This document shows, in pieces, positions 50,201 to 57,513 of a stretch of 64,000 nucleotides of DNA. Origin of the DNA: a virus (Duplodnaviria > Caudoviricetes). Each line of letters starts with the position of its first letter. The stretch's first letter is position 1. Made by a program: the position numbers and the translations under genes. The notes beneath the pieces were generated by a model. The model was given only the letters and a program-made list of their open reading frames with translations, did not search any database and was not told the origin of the DNA. The stretch spans positions 8,492 to 72,491 of IMG/VR virus record IMGVR_UViG_3300020042_012633. The stretch is one strand, 5' to 3'.

Positions 50201-53200
50201 ACTTAGTGTCCAAAGATCCACTAAACCTACTTCCTCCACCTAAAGTAAATGTACTACTTGATATATTGTTCTCTATTTTTACAGAACTAGTAAAAATATT
50301 TATAGCTATACTACTAGTTAAGCTACCAGATATTGTAATTAAATTAGGAGTGTTAATAGTTAGTGAACCAGTTTTTAACTCCTTATTTGTTAAATTAATG
50401 GAAGTAAAATTAGAACCAGATAGGATTAAGTTAGGAGTTGCACTAGAGGTCATTGAACCTGTTAAGGTTAAATTTCCTGCTATAGTTAAAGTTCTTCCTG
50501 CTGTATTATCCCACTTTGCAGTACTGCCTGAGGTAAAAGATAGGCTTGATATTATGGAGGTTTCAAAGGATATAGGAGCTTGTCCTGTATTAGTTACGTA
50601 TACGTTTGGTTTAGAGCCTGATCCGAGATCTGCTATTATTATTCCTAATCCATTACCTGCTAAATAGACTAGAGAGGCAGTATGCATAGGGTCAAACGAA
50701 AGAGTTCTTGTTGATGTAGTGCTCCCTGTAACATATATAGCGGTTAATGGAGGAGTAAACTTAAGATTGGTACTATTAGTAATGTTTGAGTACAAACTAC
50801 CAATTCCTGTATAAAGTATGTTAGGTGTGTTTATGGTTTTTATACTACTTCCACTTACTATTAAATTTCCTATTGTTAGATCTTTTGAAGAGGATATGGC
50901 TCCAGTAGTTAGTGTAACAGTTCCAATAGTGTTTATTGAAGGATCTAGGTTTATGCTACCACTAGAAATAGTTAATGCTACTACATTAAACTTAGAATTT
51001 AAAAATGGAGTAAAGCTGGATCCTCCACCTAAGGTAAATGTAGAACTTGATATATCATTGTTTATTGCTACAGAGCTACTAAAAATATTTATAGCTATAC
51101 TGCTAGTTAAACTACCAGATATAGTAATTAAATTAGGAGTGTTAATGGTTAGTGAACCAGTTTTTAACTCCTTACCTGCTAAGTCAATTGAAGTGAAATT
51201 AGAACCGGAAAGGATTAAATTAGGAGTTGCACTAGAAGTCATTGAACCTGTTAGGGTTAAGCTTCCGGTTATAGTCAAATTCTGGCTTATTAGATTGTCC
51301 CAGTTTACATTGCTGCCTGATATAAAGGATAGGCTTGCTATTGTAGAGGTTGCAAAAGATATAGGAGCTTGTCCAGTATTGGTTACGTATACATTTGGTC
51401 TTTTGGTTGTTCCTAGATCTGCTGATATTTTTCCTACTCCACTACCTCCTAAGTAGACCAGTGAAGCAGTGTGTATAGTATCAAATGTAAGAATTCTCTC
51501 ACTTGCAGCACTTCCTGTAACATATATAGCAGTTAATGGAGGAATAAAACTAAGATTAGTACCATTATTTGTATATAGACTACCAGTTCCTGTATAGAGT
51601 AGGTTGGGTGTATTAATAGTTTTTCTAGTAGTTCCTGATGCTATGGTTAGATTTCCTATTGTTAAATCTTTTGAGGAAGATATAGTTCCAGCTGTTAGTG
51701 ATACAGCTCCAATACTACTTGTTGCAAGACTTAGGTTTATACTACCAGAAAGTACATTTAATGCTCCTATATTAAACCTACTATTTAAGGATGCAGTAAA
51801 AATACTTCCTCCACCTAAGGTGAAGGTACTACTTGAAATACTACTGCTTACTACTACAGAGCTGCTAAAAATATTAATAGGGATATTACCTAGTAAACTA
51901 CCAGATATTGTAATTGCATTAGGAGTATTAATTGTTAGCGAACCTATTTTTAATTCCCTACCTGCTAATTCAATTGAAGTAAAATTAGAACCAGAAAGAA
52001 GTAAATTAGGAGTTGCAGTAGTGTTTATTGAACTTGATAAAGTTAAGCTTCCGGTTATAGTTAAAGTCTGTCCCGGTACGTTATTCCAGTTTGCAGTACT
52101 ACTTGATATAAACGATAGGCTTGATATTGTAGAAGTGTTGAATGATATGTGAGCTGCTCCTATATTGGTTACATATACGTTTGGCTTAGAACCTGATCCA
52201 AGATTTGCTGTTATCACCCCTGGGCCAGTGCCTCCTAGATAAACTAAAGAAGCAGTATGGACGGAGTCAAATGAAAGAGTTCTTGCTATTGCGCTACTTC
52301 CTGTAACGTATATGGCAGTTAATGGAGGAGTGAAGCTAAGAAGTGTTCCTGATGTATATAAACTACCAGTTCCTGTATAAAGTAAGCTAGGTGTGTTTAT
52401 AGTTTTTCTAGTAGTTCCTGATGCTATGGTTAAATTTCCAAGAGTTAGATCTTTTGAAGAAGAAACATTTCCAGCAGTTATTGAAATGTTTCCAATACTA
52501 CTTGTTGCAAGACTTAGGTTTATACTACCAGAAGTAATGGCCAATGTTCTTACAGTAAACTTAGGACCAGATGGAGTAAGCCTAGCTCCTCCACCTAAAG
52601 TAATTGTGCTACTTGAAATCTCGTTGTTTAGCTCTAAAGAACTGCTAAAAATGTTTATTGCTATACTACTTGTTAAACTACCAGTTATGCTAATTGCATT
52701 AGTAGTGTTGATAGTTAAAAAACCAGTTCGTAACTCCTTACCTGCTAAATCAATGGAAGTAAAATTAGAACCAGAAAGAATTAAATTAGGAGTTATGCTA
52801 GAGGTCATTGAACCTGTTAAGGTTAAATTTCCTGCTATGGTTAGGGTTTGGTTTGCTTGAGTATTATTCCAGTTTACATTAGTTCCAGATACAAAAGCTA
52901 ATGGACCGCTTGTAGAGGTTCTAAAAAGTATTGGAGCTTGTCCAGTATTGGTTACGTACACATTTGGCCTAATAGTTGTTCCAAATGAAGCTGTTATTGG
53001 TCCTGATCCAATACCTCCTAAATATATATTTGGAGCATTGAAAAAGTTATCTAATATTAGTTGTTTAGCAGCAGAGGTGCTTCCAGTAACGTATATACCA
53101 CTAGCTGTAGTTGTTAAGTTTGTTGCACCACCAGCACCATATAGTGTACTACTTCCACTAAGATATATATTGGGAGCAATTATTTTTTTTGGATCTGTTC

Positions 53201-55295
53201 CCAGTGTATTTATATATGCTGTTACTATATCTTGTGAAGAGGATATAGTTCCAGCTGTTAGTGTAATAGCTCTAATGGTGTTTATTGAGGGACTTAGGTC
53301 TATAGTACCAGAAACGACATAAAGCTCTACATTAAAAGTAGAACCTGCAAATGGAGTAAAGCTACTTCCTCCACCTAAGGTAAATCCTTGAGCGTAAATA
53401 TTATTTCTCCAATCTACAGAACTACTAAAGATATTTATGTTTATAAGATTTGCAAGACTACTTGATATGGTAATTTTATTAGGAGTATTGATTGTAAGAT
53501 CACCAGTATTCAAAGACTTACCTGCTAAGTCAATGGAAGTGCAAGTAGAGCCTGAAAGTATTAAATTAGGAGAGTATTGTAGGTCTATTGAACTTGTTAG
53601 AGTTAAATTTCCTGCTATAGTTAAAGTCTGTCCTGTTACATTGGTCCAATTTGCAGTACTTCCAGTTGAAAAAACCACGTCCCCAGATGTAGATGTTCCA
53701 AAGGTAATTCTTGCACCATTTTTATTAGTTACAAATACATTTGGCTTTCTAGTTGTTCCAAATGAAGCTGTTATTTGTCCTGATCCATTACCTCCTAAAT
53801 ATATATTTGTAGCGTTAAAGAGATTGTCTAATAGTAGATTTTTAGCAGCAGAGGTGCTTTCGGTAACGTGTATGTTGGTAATTGTGGATGTTAGACTTGC
53901 TAATGATGATGAGGTATATAATGCACCACTTCCGGTAAAATATAAGTTAGGAGTTATTATTGTTTTAGGAAGATTTCCATTTGCTAAGAATGTTCTTATT
54001 ATTAGTTCTTTTGAAGAAGATATAGTTCCGGCTGTTAGTGAAACAGCCCCAATACTACTTGTTGTGAGGCTTAGGTTTATGCTACCAGAAGTGATATTTA
54101 AAGTTCCTACAGTAAACTTAGTATATAAGGATGGAGTAAGATTGCTTCCTCCACCCAAAGTAAGTGTGCTACTTGAAATATCATTGTTTGCTATTACAGA
54201 ACTAGTAAAAAGATTTATAGCTATACTACTTGTTAGTGCATTATTTATAGTAATTGCATTAGTAGTATTAATTGTTAATGAACCTGTTCGTAACTCCTTA
54301 CCTGCTAAATCAATGGAAGTAAAATTAGAACTAGAAAGAATTAAATCAGGAGTTGCACTAGAGGTCATTGTACCTACTAGAGTTAGATTTCCTGCTATAG
54401 TTACAGCTTGGCTTGCTACATTATTCCAGTTTACATTAGTTCCAGGTTGAAAAGTTAAAGGACCTAGTGTGGAATTTGTAAAAGTTATAGGAGCTTGTCC
54501 TGTGTTAGTTATAAGTACCGCTGGTCTTTTGGTTGTTCCAAGAGAAGCTGTTATTGGTCCTGTTCCAATACCTGCTAAAGATGCTGTTGATGCATTAAAT
54601 TGTGCATCAAAGGTAAGCGTCTTACTAGCGGCAGTACTTCCGGTAACATATACGTTGCCAATAGAGGATACTAGTTGTGTTCCGCCTACTGTAGATAAAG
54701 ATCCTACTCCTGTTAATACTAAACTTGAACCAGAAATACTTTTAGCAGTTGCTGTAGAAGTTGATATTGTACCAAACTCAGCACCAGCTTCTATTGATAT
54801 ATTTCCTGCTACAAGTGATACGTTGGTTGTTGGTTGGGTTCTAAAATAGTCTTTAAATGATGCTGTATTGTCGGTAAAACTAGTATTAAAAATAACTGAT
54901 CCAGAAAATGCTTTTCCGTTGCAGAATATCCAACCACTTCCGGATGCGCCAAGTGTAGTTGTTCCTGTATAACTTTGAGTCATTGAGGCTCCCCAAGAAA
55001 ATAATGGGGTTTCTACTGCTGCTCTAGATGCAGAAGCTATAACAAATAATGTTGCTGCTGAGCTTCCACTTAGTGAGCCTTGAAAATAAGTAGCGTCTAA
55101 ACTGCTACAGGAGACAGCACTATTTATTGCTATTGTACCTAATCCAGAGTTTGCATCAAGAATAACGTCGTCGGAAGATGTAGGTTGAGTTGTTGGGTCT
55201 CCTGTCCCTCCAGATCCTAAAAACCAGTTTGCTGATGATGTCCAGTTTGTAACTGTACCTAAATCTGCTGATCCTGACCAATACTTAATAGGCAT
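41295..55295 (-). CDS. Giant 4666-aa S/T/G/N/I-rich repeat protein (putative beta-solenoid fibre/adhesin)
   Basis: Uninterrupted ORF; 17 copies of a [KR]PNVYVTN-type marker, spaced about 785 nt (about 262 aa) for the first 15 and about 660 nt for the last two; unique N- and C-terminal caps. Confidence 0.9.
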   Translation of the reverse strand: MPIKYWSGSADLGTVTNWTSSANWFLGSGGTGDPTTQPTSSDDVILDANSGLGTIAINSAVSCSSLDATYFQGSLSGSSAATLFVIASASRAAVETPLFSWGASMTQSYTGTTTLGASGSGWIFCNGKAFSGSVIFNTSFTDNTASFKDYFRTQPTTNVSLVAGNISIEAGAEFGTISTSTATAKSISGSSLVLTGVGSLSTVGGTQLVSSIGNVYVTGSTAASKTLTFDAQFNASTASLAGIGTGPITASLGTTKRPAVLITNTGQAPITFTNSTLGPLTFQPGTNVNWNNVASQAVTIAGNLTLVGTMTSSATPDLILSSSNFTSIDLAGKELRTGSLTINTTNAITINNALTSSIAINLFTSSVIANNDISSSTLTLGGGSNLTPSLYTKFTVGTLNITSGSINLSLTTSSIGAVSLTAGTISSSKELIIRTFLANGNLPKTIITPNLYFTGSGALYTSSSLASLTSTITNIHVTESTSAAKNLLLDNLFNATNIYLGGNGSGQITASFGTTRKPNVFVTNKNGARITFGTSTSGDVVFSTGSTANWTNVTGQTLTIAGNLTLTSSIDLQYSPNLILSGSTCTSIDLAGKSLNTGDLTINTPNKITISSSLANLININIFSSSVDWRNNIYAQGFTLGGGSSFTPFAGSTFNVELYVVSGTIDLSPSINTIRAITLTAGTISSSQDIVTAYINTLGTDPKKIIAPNIYLSGSSTLYGAGGATNLTTTASGIYVTGSTSAAKQLILDNFFNAPNIYLGGIGSGPITASFGTTIRPNVYVTNTGQAPILFRTSTSGPLAFVSGTNVNWNNTQANQTLTIAGNLTLTGSMTSSITPNLILSGSNFTSIDLAGKELRTGFLTINTTNAISITGSLTSSIAINIFSSSLELNNEISSSTITLGGGARLTPSGPKFTVRTLAITSGSINLSLATSSIGNISITAGNVSSSKDLTLGNLTIASGTTRKTINTPSLLYTGTGSLYTSGTLLSFTPPLTAIYVTGSSAIARTLSFDSVHTASLVYLGGTGPGVITANLGSGSKPNVYVTNIGAAHISFNTSTISSLSFISSSTANWNNVPGQTLTITGSLTLSSSINTTATPNLLLSGSNFTSIELAGRELKIGSLTINTPNAITISGSLLGNIPINIFSSSVVVSSSISSSTFTLGGGSIFTASLNSRFNIGALNVLSGSINLSLATSSIGAVSLTAGTISSSKDLTIGNLTIASGTTRKTINTPNLLYTGTGSLYTNNGTNLSFIPPLTAIYVTGSAASERILTFDTIHTASLVYLGGSGVGKISADLGTTKRPNVYVTNTGQAPISFATSTIASLSFISGSNVNWDNLISQNLTITGSLTLTGSMTSSATPNLILSGSNFTSIDLAGKELKTGSLTINTPNLITISGSLTSSIAINIFSSSVAINNDISSSTFTLGGGSSFTPFLNSKFNVVALTISSGSINLDPSINTIGTVTLTTGAISSSKDLTIGNLIVSGSSIKTINTPNILYTGIGSLYSNITNSTNLKFTPPLTAIYVTGSTTSTRTLSFDPMHTASLVYLAGNGLGIIIADLGSGSKPNVYVTNTGQAPISFETSIISSLSFTSGSTAKWDNTAGRTLTIAGNLTLTGSMTSSATPNLILSGSNFTSINLTNKELKTGSLTINTPNLITISGSLTSSIAINIFTSSVKIENNISSSTFTLGGGSRFSGSLDTKFNVGALAITSGSINLDPTINTIGDVTLAAGNISSSKDLTIATLLTTGSGAKIINTPNLLFTGIGTLYTNSGTNFTFTPPLTAIYVTGSAASDRILTFDNILTASLVYLAGNGTGYIKAGLGSGSKPNVYVTNTGQAPISFFTSTISGLSFVSGSTANWNNQASQTLTIVGNLALTSSMSSSATPNLILSGSNFTSIDLVGKELQTGSLTINTPNLITISGSLTSSIAINIFSSSIKIQNDISSSTFTLGGGSRFSGSLGTNFNVGALAITSGSINLDPTINTIGAVSITAGNISSSRDLLIGTLSATIGSTKTINTPNILYTGIGSLYLNTSTDFNFIPLLTAIYVTGSAAAGRTLTFDSVHTASLVYLGGDGIGPITSSFLAIKRPNVYVTNTGQAPITFVNSTISSLSFVSSSNVNWNNVVGNTLTIVGNLALTGSMTSSATPSLLLSSSNFTSIDLAGKELAIGSLTINTPNLINISGSLTSSIAINIFSSSVKVQNDISSSAFTLGGGSRFSGSLNSKFDVGALNILSGSINLDPTINTIGAVSITAGNISSSKDLTLVNLTIASGTTTKIINTPNLLYTGIDTLYTNSGTNFTFTPPLTAIYVTGSSAIARTLTFDTVHTASLVYLGGDGIGEIVANLGTTKRPNVYVTNTGQAPISFETSIISGLSFISSSNVDWNNAAGKTLTIAGNLTLTGSMTTSLTPALLLTSSAFTSIDLAGKELKVGSLTINTPNVITISSSLTSSIDIYINNTSSVKIENDITSKWFTIQKGSSFTPFLNSKFTAQTLYVLTSSSIDLSLATSSIDELAIAQGSVSSSKDLTIGILRSSGDGVRKIITAPNLIFTGSGNLYDEEDSDITSSIGNIYVTGSSANTKTLLLSNNFNAPNIYLAGNGAGIIAASFGTTRKPNVYVTTTGGPTSISFYDSTIANLSFISSSTANWNNQANQTLTIAGNLTLTGSMTSSATPNLLLSGSGFTSIDLAGKELRTGDLTINTPNIINISGSLTSSIAINIFSSSVKVQNDISSSTFTLGGGSRFSGSLNSKFDVGALQILSGSINLDPTINTIGTVTLTEGIISSSKGLTIGNLVATGATTKVINTPNLLYTGIDTLYTNNGSNLTFTPPLTAIYVTGSATAQRILTFDTTHNAPNTYLAGNGSGYITANLGTTKRPNVYVTNTGQAQISFNSSTISGLSFISGSTANWNNVVVQDLTIAGNLTLTGSMTSSATPNLILSGSNFTSIDLANKELKVGSLTINTPNIITISSSLTSSGVAINIFNSSVKVENNISSSVFTLGGGSSFTPFLNSKFTVGTLTVNSGSIDLSLATSSLSSVDMYAGTISSSKDVAMGNLTTYDSTTKKIIIPNLSFHGTNQLYDQQGLNVTSSISNIYVTGSTNSLRILILDDDFYAPSVYLAGNGIGNITAGFGTTRRPDIYVTNTGRAPISFETSTISSLSFVSSSNVEWYNIAGEYLTIAGKLTLTGSMTSSATPNLTLSGSNFTSIDLAGKELKVGSLTIDTPNRITVSGSLTSSISVDIIQSPVTVMNNFSSSQLTLTKGGKLTPSGSSFTVGALTVTSGSVDLGLTTTNIITNTFTHNVGTVSASKDITLGNLYTQGGNSANAVISTPNLLYTGIGNLYVNGDGTFSFTPQLTAIYVTGSAASPRILTFTIIHNAPLVYLAGDGTGQISADLGTTKRPNVYVTNTGQAPISFETSTISSLSYISGSTANWSNAAGKNLTIAGNLTLTGSMTVTQTSNLILSSSAFNSIELASKELKIGDLTINTPNAITISGSLTSSGAVTVYTSSLTVMNDFSSSGLTLGGGGRFTPSGSSFTAGALTVSSGSVDLGLTTTNIVAGQLSLTAGTVYSPNNLSIGSFLATGAGVKELTTPNLYFPTNGTLYTSASLANLTPSITNIYITGSTPFPRTLTLDNIFNAPNIYLAGNGSGLITAGFGTTKRPNVYVTNTGGATISFSTSTSGPVIFSNGTTVTWDNVTGETLTIGGNLTLTSSMTVTETSNLILSGSNFTSIELAGKELKIGSLTINTPNAIIISGSLTSSGAVTVHTSSVAVQNDFSSSGLTLGGGGTFGLSGSKFTAGALTVSSGSVDLGLTTTNIVANTLTINQGTVSASEDITLGNLAIGSGTATKTLNTPNLLYTGISNLYTNSGDISAFNITPELTAIYVTGSATAQRILTFDSVHKTGLVYLAGSGSGTISASLGSTRVPYVYVTNTGRAPISFSTSRLNSLFFISSSNVNWSNVAGQDVTITEKLELTGSMTSSATPNLILSGSSFTSLKLVDKQLKTGNLTIDTPNAIEVSGSLISNAAVTILSSSVAVTNNFSSSTLTLDDAASITAPNTISIGPLYVLGTLRKSLIADTVYYTGTSSLPLPAVLNFTSSMNTLYYNGSTAQTRLIDYDSQFRPSTIFLGGAGGGSITGSFGTIAKPNVYVTSTAASPITFATSTISSLSFISSSTANWNNVAGQTLTITGSLTLSSSISTTATPNLLLSGSGFNSLSLVEEQLKTGTLTILETPDLNVTGSILSNAPVTIINSAVAVANNFSSSILTLENAELSASNNIYVGSILAQGASSNKISATSLHYLGTGSLLNFAPVQYTSSITNILISGSSATSRSIEFSPTFYSTNLYIGGTGTGPITASLGTSGKPNVFVNSTSPFQLSFLSAAISNLLFISTTRANWNNTNNQTLNISGSLTLGTVTDITSTPDLVFNGNGTIKTAGKVFTKSIKVESPYTQSLLDNFSSSGSITIEGFLSASNMNILSIGSLNVLGNCNISSSTVNTITVTGTGSAWIIPTTSTIYLPNTTIKMSNTSNSAVTFSGGSPTYGEVVFARGSSNGINHFQGSNTFTNLRDTGTSAHTMSLATGTTQTVGHFDVKGTPGNRVYLTGGSLSKSPAGLVMSDYLDVVNSTATSGSGPWTWFAGPNSTLTGTTTGWLTTGSEGTSVVRRLGSQGVG
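42200..54600 (-). repeat. Tandem ~785-nt coding repeat array inside the giant gene
   Basis: The marker ttacgtatacatttgg and variants recur near 45100, 46675, 48245, 49035, 49815, 50600, 51385, 52170; approximate boundaries. Confidence 0.85.
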
Positions 55296-55298
55296 ATT

Positions 55299-55742
55299 TT
55301 ATTTAAAGAATATGTTTATTATTAAATCATTTGCTGCAACACCTGTTGTTGTAGGATCATCAAGAGTGGTTGTAGTAGCTATACAAATCCCTGTTGGAAA
55401 GTCTATACCTGCTGGGAAAGGACAGTTAGCTGCTGATAGTGCTGGGATAGGAATAGTTAAATAAGGAGATGTAAAAGTGGTAGGTGGTGATGTTACATTA
55501 AAAAAACGTACAACTCTTGCAGATCCGTTTGAATTGTATATGTACCAACCTGTTACTTTTCCTGGACTATTCTTTATTAATGTGCTATTATTACCAGAAA
55601 CTGCTACAATATTTTTAACTGTTGCTCCTCCAGTTGCTGCTTCTGCTATGGAAAAGGATGATGTGACGTTTGAAGCGAGTACAACTGGTGCTGAATTGGC
55701 TGCTGTTGTTTGTCCGTTTGGATTGACTGGATTATATGCCAT
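55299..55742 (-). CDS. Virion-associated hypothetical protein (jelly-roll-like)
   Basis: 147 aa; LIKNSPGKVTGWYIYN...FPAGIDFPTGICIATT. Confidence 0.75.
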   Translation of the reverse strand: MAYNPVNPNGQTTAANSAPVVLASNVTSSFSIAEAATGGATVKNIVAVSGNNSTLIKNSPGKVTGWYIYNSNGSARVVRFFNVTSPPTTFTSPYLTIPIPALSAANCPFPAGIDFPTGICIATTTTLDDPTTTGVAANDLIINIFFK

Positions 55743-55754
55743 ATTGTTTTATTT

Positions 55755-56264
55755 TTATATTATGAACCAGTTTGATGCTGATGGTATAAGCGTTACTGAT
55801 GTAAACTGAACTGGAAGTACTACTGGAATTGTACTACTTCCTTCTATAGCTTGTCCTGCTGATCCAGATTTTATTGTTACTGTGTTTGTCCCTGTATTTT
55901 TTACAGTATAAATACTTGTATTACTTGTTGCTGTTGGAAGAGTTAGTGTAGTTGTTCCAGTTACTAAGTAAATGTAGGTAGTACCTGCAGTTGCATCAGT
56001 TATTGTGGTTGTTCCAGTAACTGAGGTAATGTCTGGTGCAGAGCTACCTCCACCTCCTACTAACTGCCAACTTCCCGCAACTGTATTAGCTGCAGCATTT
56101 GTTAGTACGTAAAGCTCATTTGTATCTTTTTGGTATACAACTAACCCTTCGTATACATTTGCAGCAGAAAAAGCAAGACGTGCTGTTTGATTAGCAACTG
56201 TAAGCCTTGAATCAATTGGATCGACGTTAGTAATGTTAAACCCACTAGGTAATATAATTGCCAT
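55755..56264 (-). CDS. Short fibre-like structural protein
   Basis: 169 aa; N-terminal DPIDSRL...YEGLVVYQ module and C-terminal LTLPTA...YTVKN module typical of phage fibres. Confidence 0.75.
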   Translation of the reverse strand: MAIILPSGFNITNVDPIDSRLTVANQTARLAFSAANVYEGLVVYQKDTNELYVLTNAAANTVAGSWQLVGGGGSSAPDITSVTGTTTITDATAGTTYIYLVTGTTTLTLPTATSNTSIYTVKNTGTNTVTIKSGSAGQAIEGSSTIPVVLPVQFTSVTLIPSASNWFII

Positions 56265-56272
56265 CTCTTATC

Positions 56273-57466
56273 CTATGTTAATGTGTATGTAATGATTGTA
56301 CCTGTACCACCTGCTTGTAGCGAAGTTGATCTATATACTTTATATTGACCTACTATTGTTAGTGCAAATGAACCAAATACACCAAATCCACCCGTTGATA
56401 TGTTTGTTAAATCTGCAAGTGAACTATTGAATGCTATATAATGGTACTTGTCCCCAGTCCAAGTTATTGTTAATGTTTGTCCACTCGCTGTTGTTGTTCC
56501 CTTCGATACAGTTCCAACTGTACCACCTAGAGTAGTATCCCATGTGGCTAAATTTTCTAACTGTGTAGATGTAAATGATGTTGTAGCTGTTGCACCATAT
56601 CTTAAACTTCTAATCTTTGTGTATGTGAATGAGTTTGTAGATGTTATTGTCAATGCTGGACTATTGTTAGCTCCCAGCGCTCCTGATGAAGAATAGTTAG
56701 ATGTTGCAGTGGCAGTTATTGAAGCTGATCCAGTTGCAGATCCTGTTACAAATATTGGTGAGGTTGCGTTTGTTGAAGTAAAAACATGAACCCAATCATT
56801 TGCTGCTCCAGAAGCTGATGTGAATGTAATACTACCGGTTGCACCTTGTTCTATTTGGTTTGATGCTGCTGCAAGCTGTACGTTAGCTGTTGGAGTTATT
56901 GTTGGGCTTCCAGGACTTGCTTTAGCTAGAGTTCCTGCTAAAGTGGCTGAAAGTTTTGATAGTGTTTGATCTAATGGACTAGAAGATGTTACTGCTAGGA
57001 GATATGTATGTGAACCACTTGTTGTTGTAGTGTAAGCTAGTGTGGTACCTGTTCCTGTATTTGCTACTAGAATATTATCTTCATATAATGATGCACTAAT
57101 TAAAGTGTACCCATTTACGTTTAAAGTGTTAGTAATAGTGTAGTCATCTAAAACTTTATTAAACCTATCTGTTAAAAAAGTGTCGTTAAAACTAGGAGAA
57201 GGTGTAGTTGGGGCGGTTGGTGTCCCAAATATAAATTTTAGTTTGCCGTCAGTAAATGTTACAGCTACATCTGCGCTATAATCTGCTACTTCAATTTGAG
57301 ATAGAGATTGATTGCTGTTAGTTACGTATAGTATATTTGATAGTGTAGCAGTTGATGCGTTTCCTAGTAACGAACCTGTTATGCCTGCAGTAACAGTTAA
57401 AGATCCTGTTACTACGGAGTTATTTTGTGCGATAAGCCCATTACGAGCTATAAATTCGTTTGCCAT
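56273..57466 (-). CDS. Thr/Ser-rich structural (fibre-like) protein
   Basis: 397 aa; MANEFIARNGLIA N-terminus, TGSLTV module, beta-rich. Confidence 0.75.
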   Translation of the reverse strand: MANEFIARNGLIAQNNSVVTGSLTVTAGITGSLLGNASTATLSNILYVTNSNQSLSQIEVADYSADVAVTFTDGKLKFIFGTPTAPTTPSPSFNDTFLTDRFNKVLDDYTITNTLNVNGYTLISASLYEDNILVANTGTGTTLAYTTTTSGSHTYLLAVTSSSPLDQTLSKLSATLAGTLAKASPGSPTITPTANVQLAAASNQIEQGATGSITFTSASGAANDWVHVFTSTNATSPIFVTGSATGSASITATATSNYSSSGALGANNSPALTITSTNSFTYTKIRSLRYGATATTSFTSTQLENLATWDTTLGGTVGTVSKGTTTASGQTLTITWTGDKYHYIAFNSSLADLTNISTGGFGVFGSFALTIVGQYKVYRSTSLQAGGTGTIITYTLT

Positions 57467-57513
57467 AATTTCTTAGTTTTCCCTATCCAACTAATTTATA
57501 ATAAATATGAACT

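Noticed and set aside
41647-54849. About 20 plus-strand ORFs of 70-340 aa recurring with ~785-nt periodicity
   Set aside because: Antisense shadows of the giant repeat gene: its Thr/Ser/Gly/Ile codon bias leaves few stops on the opposite strand and the periodicity simply mirrors the repeats.
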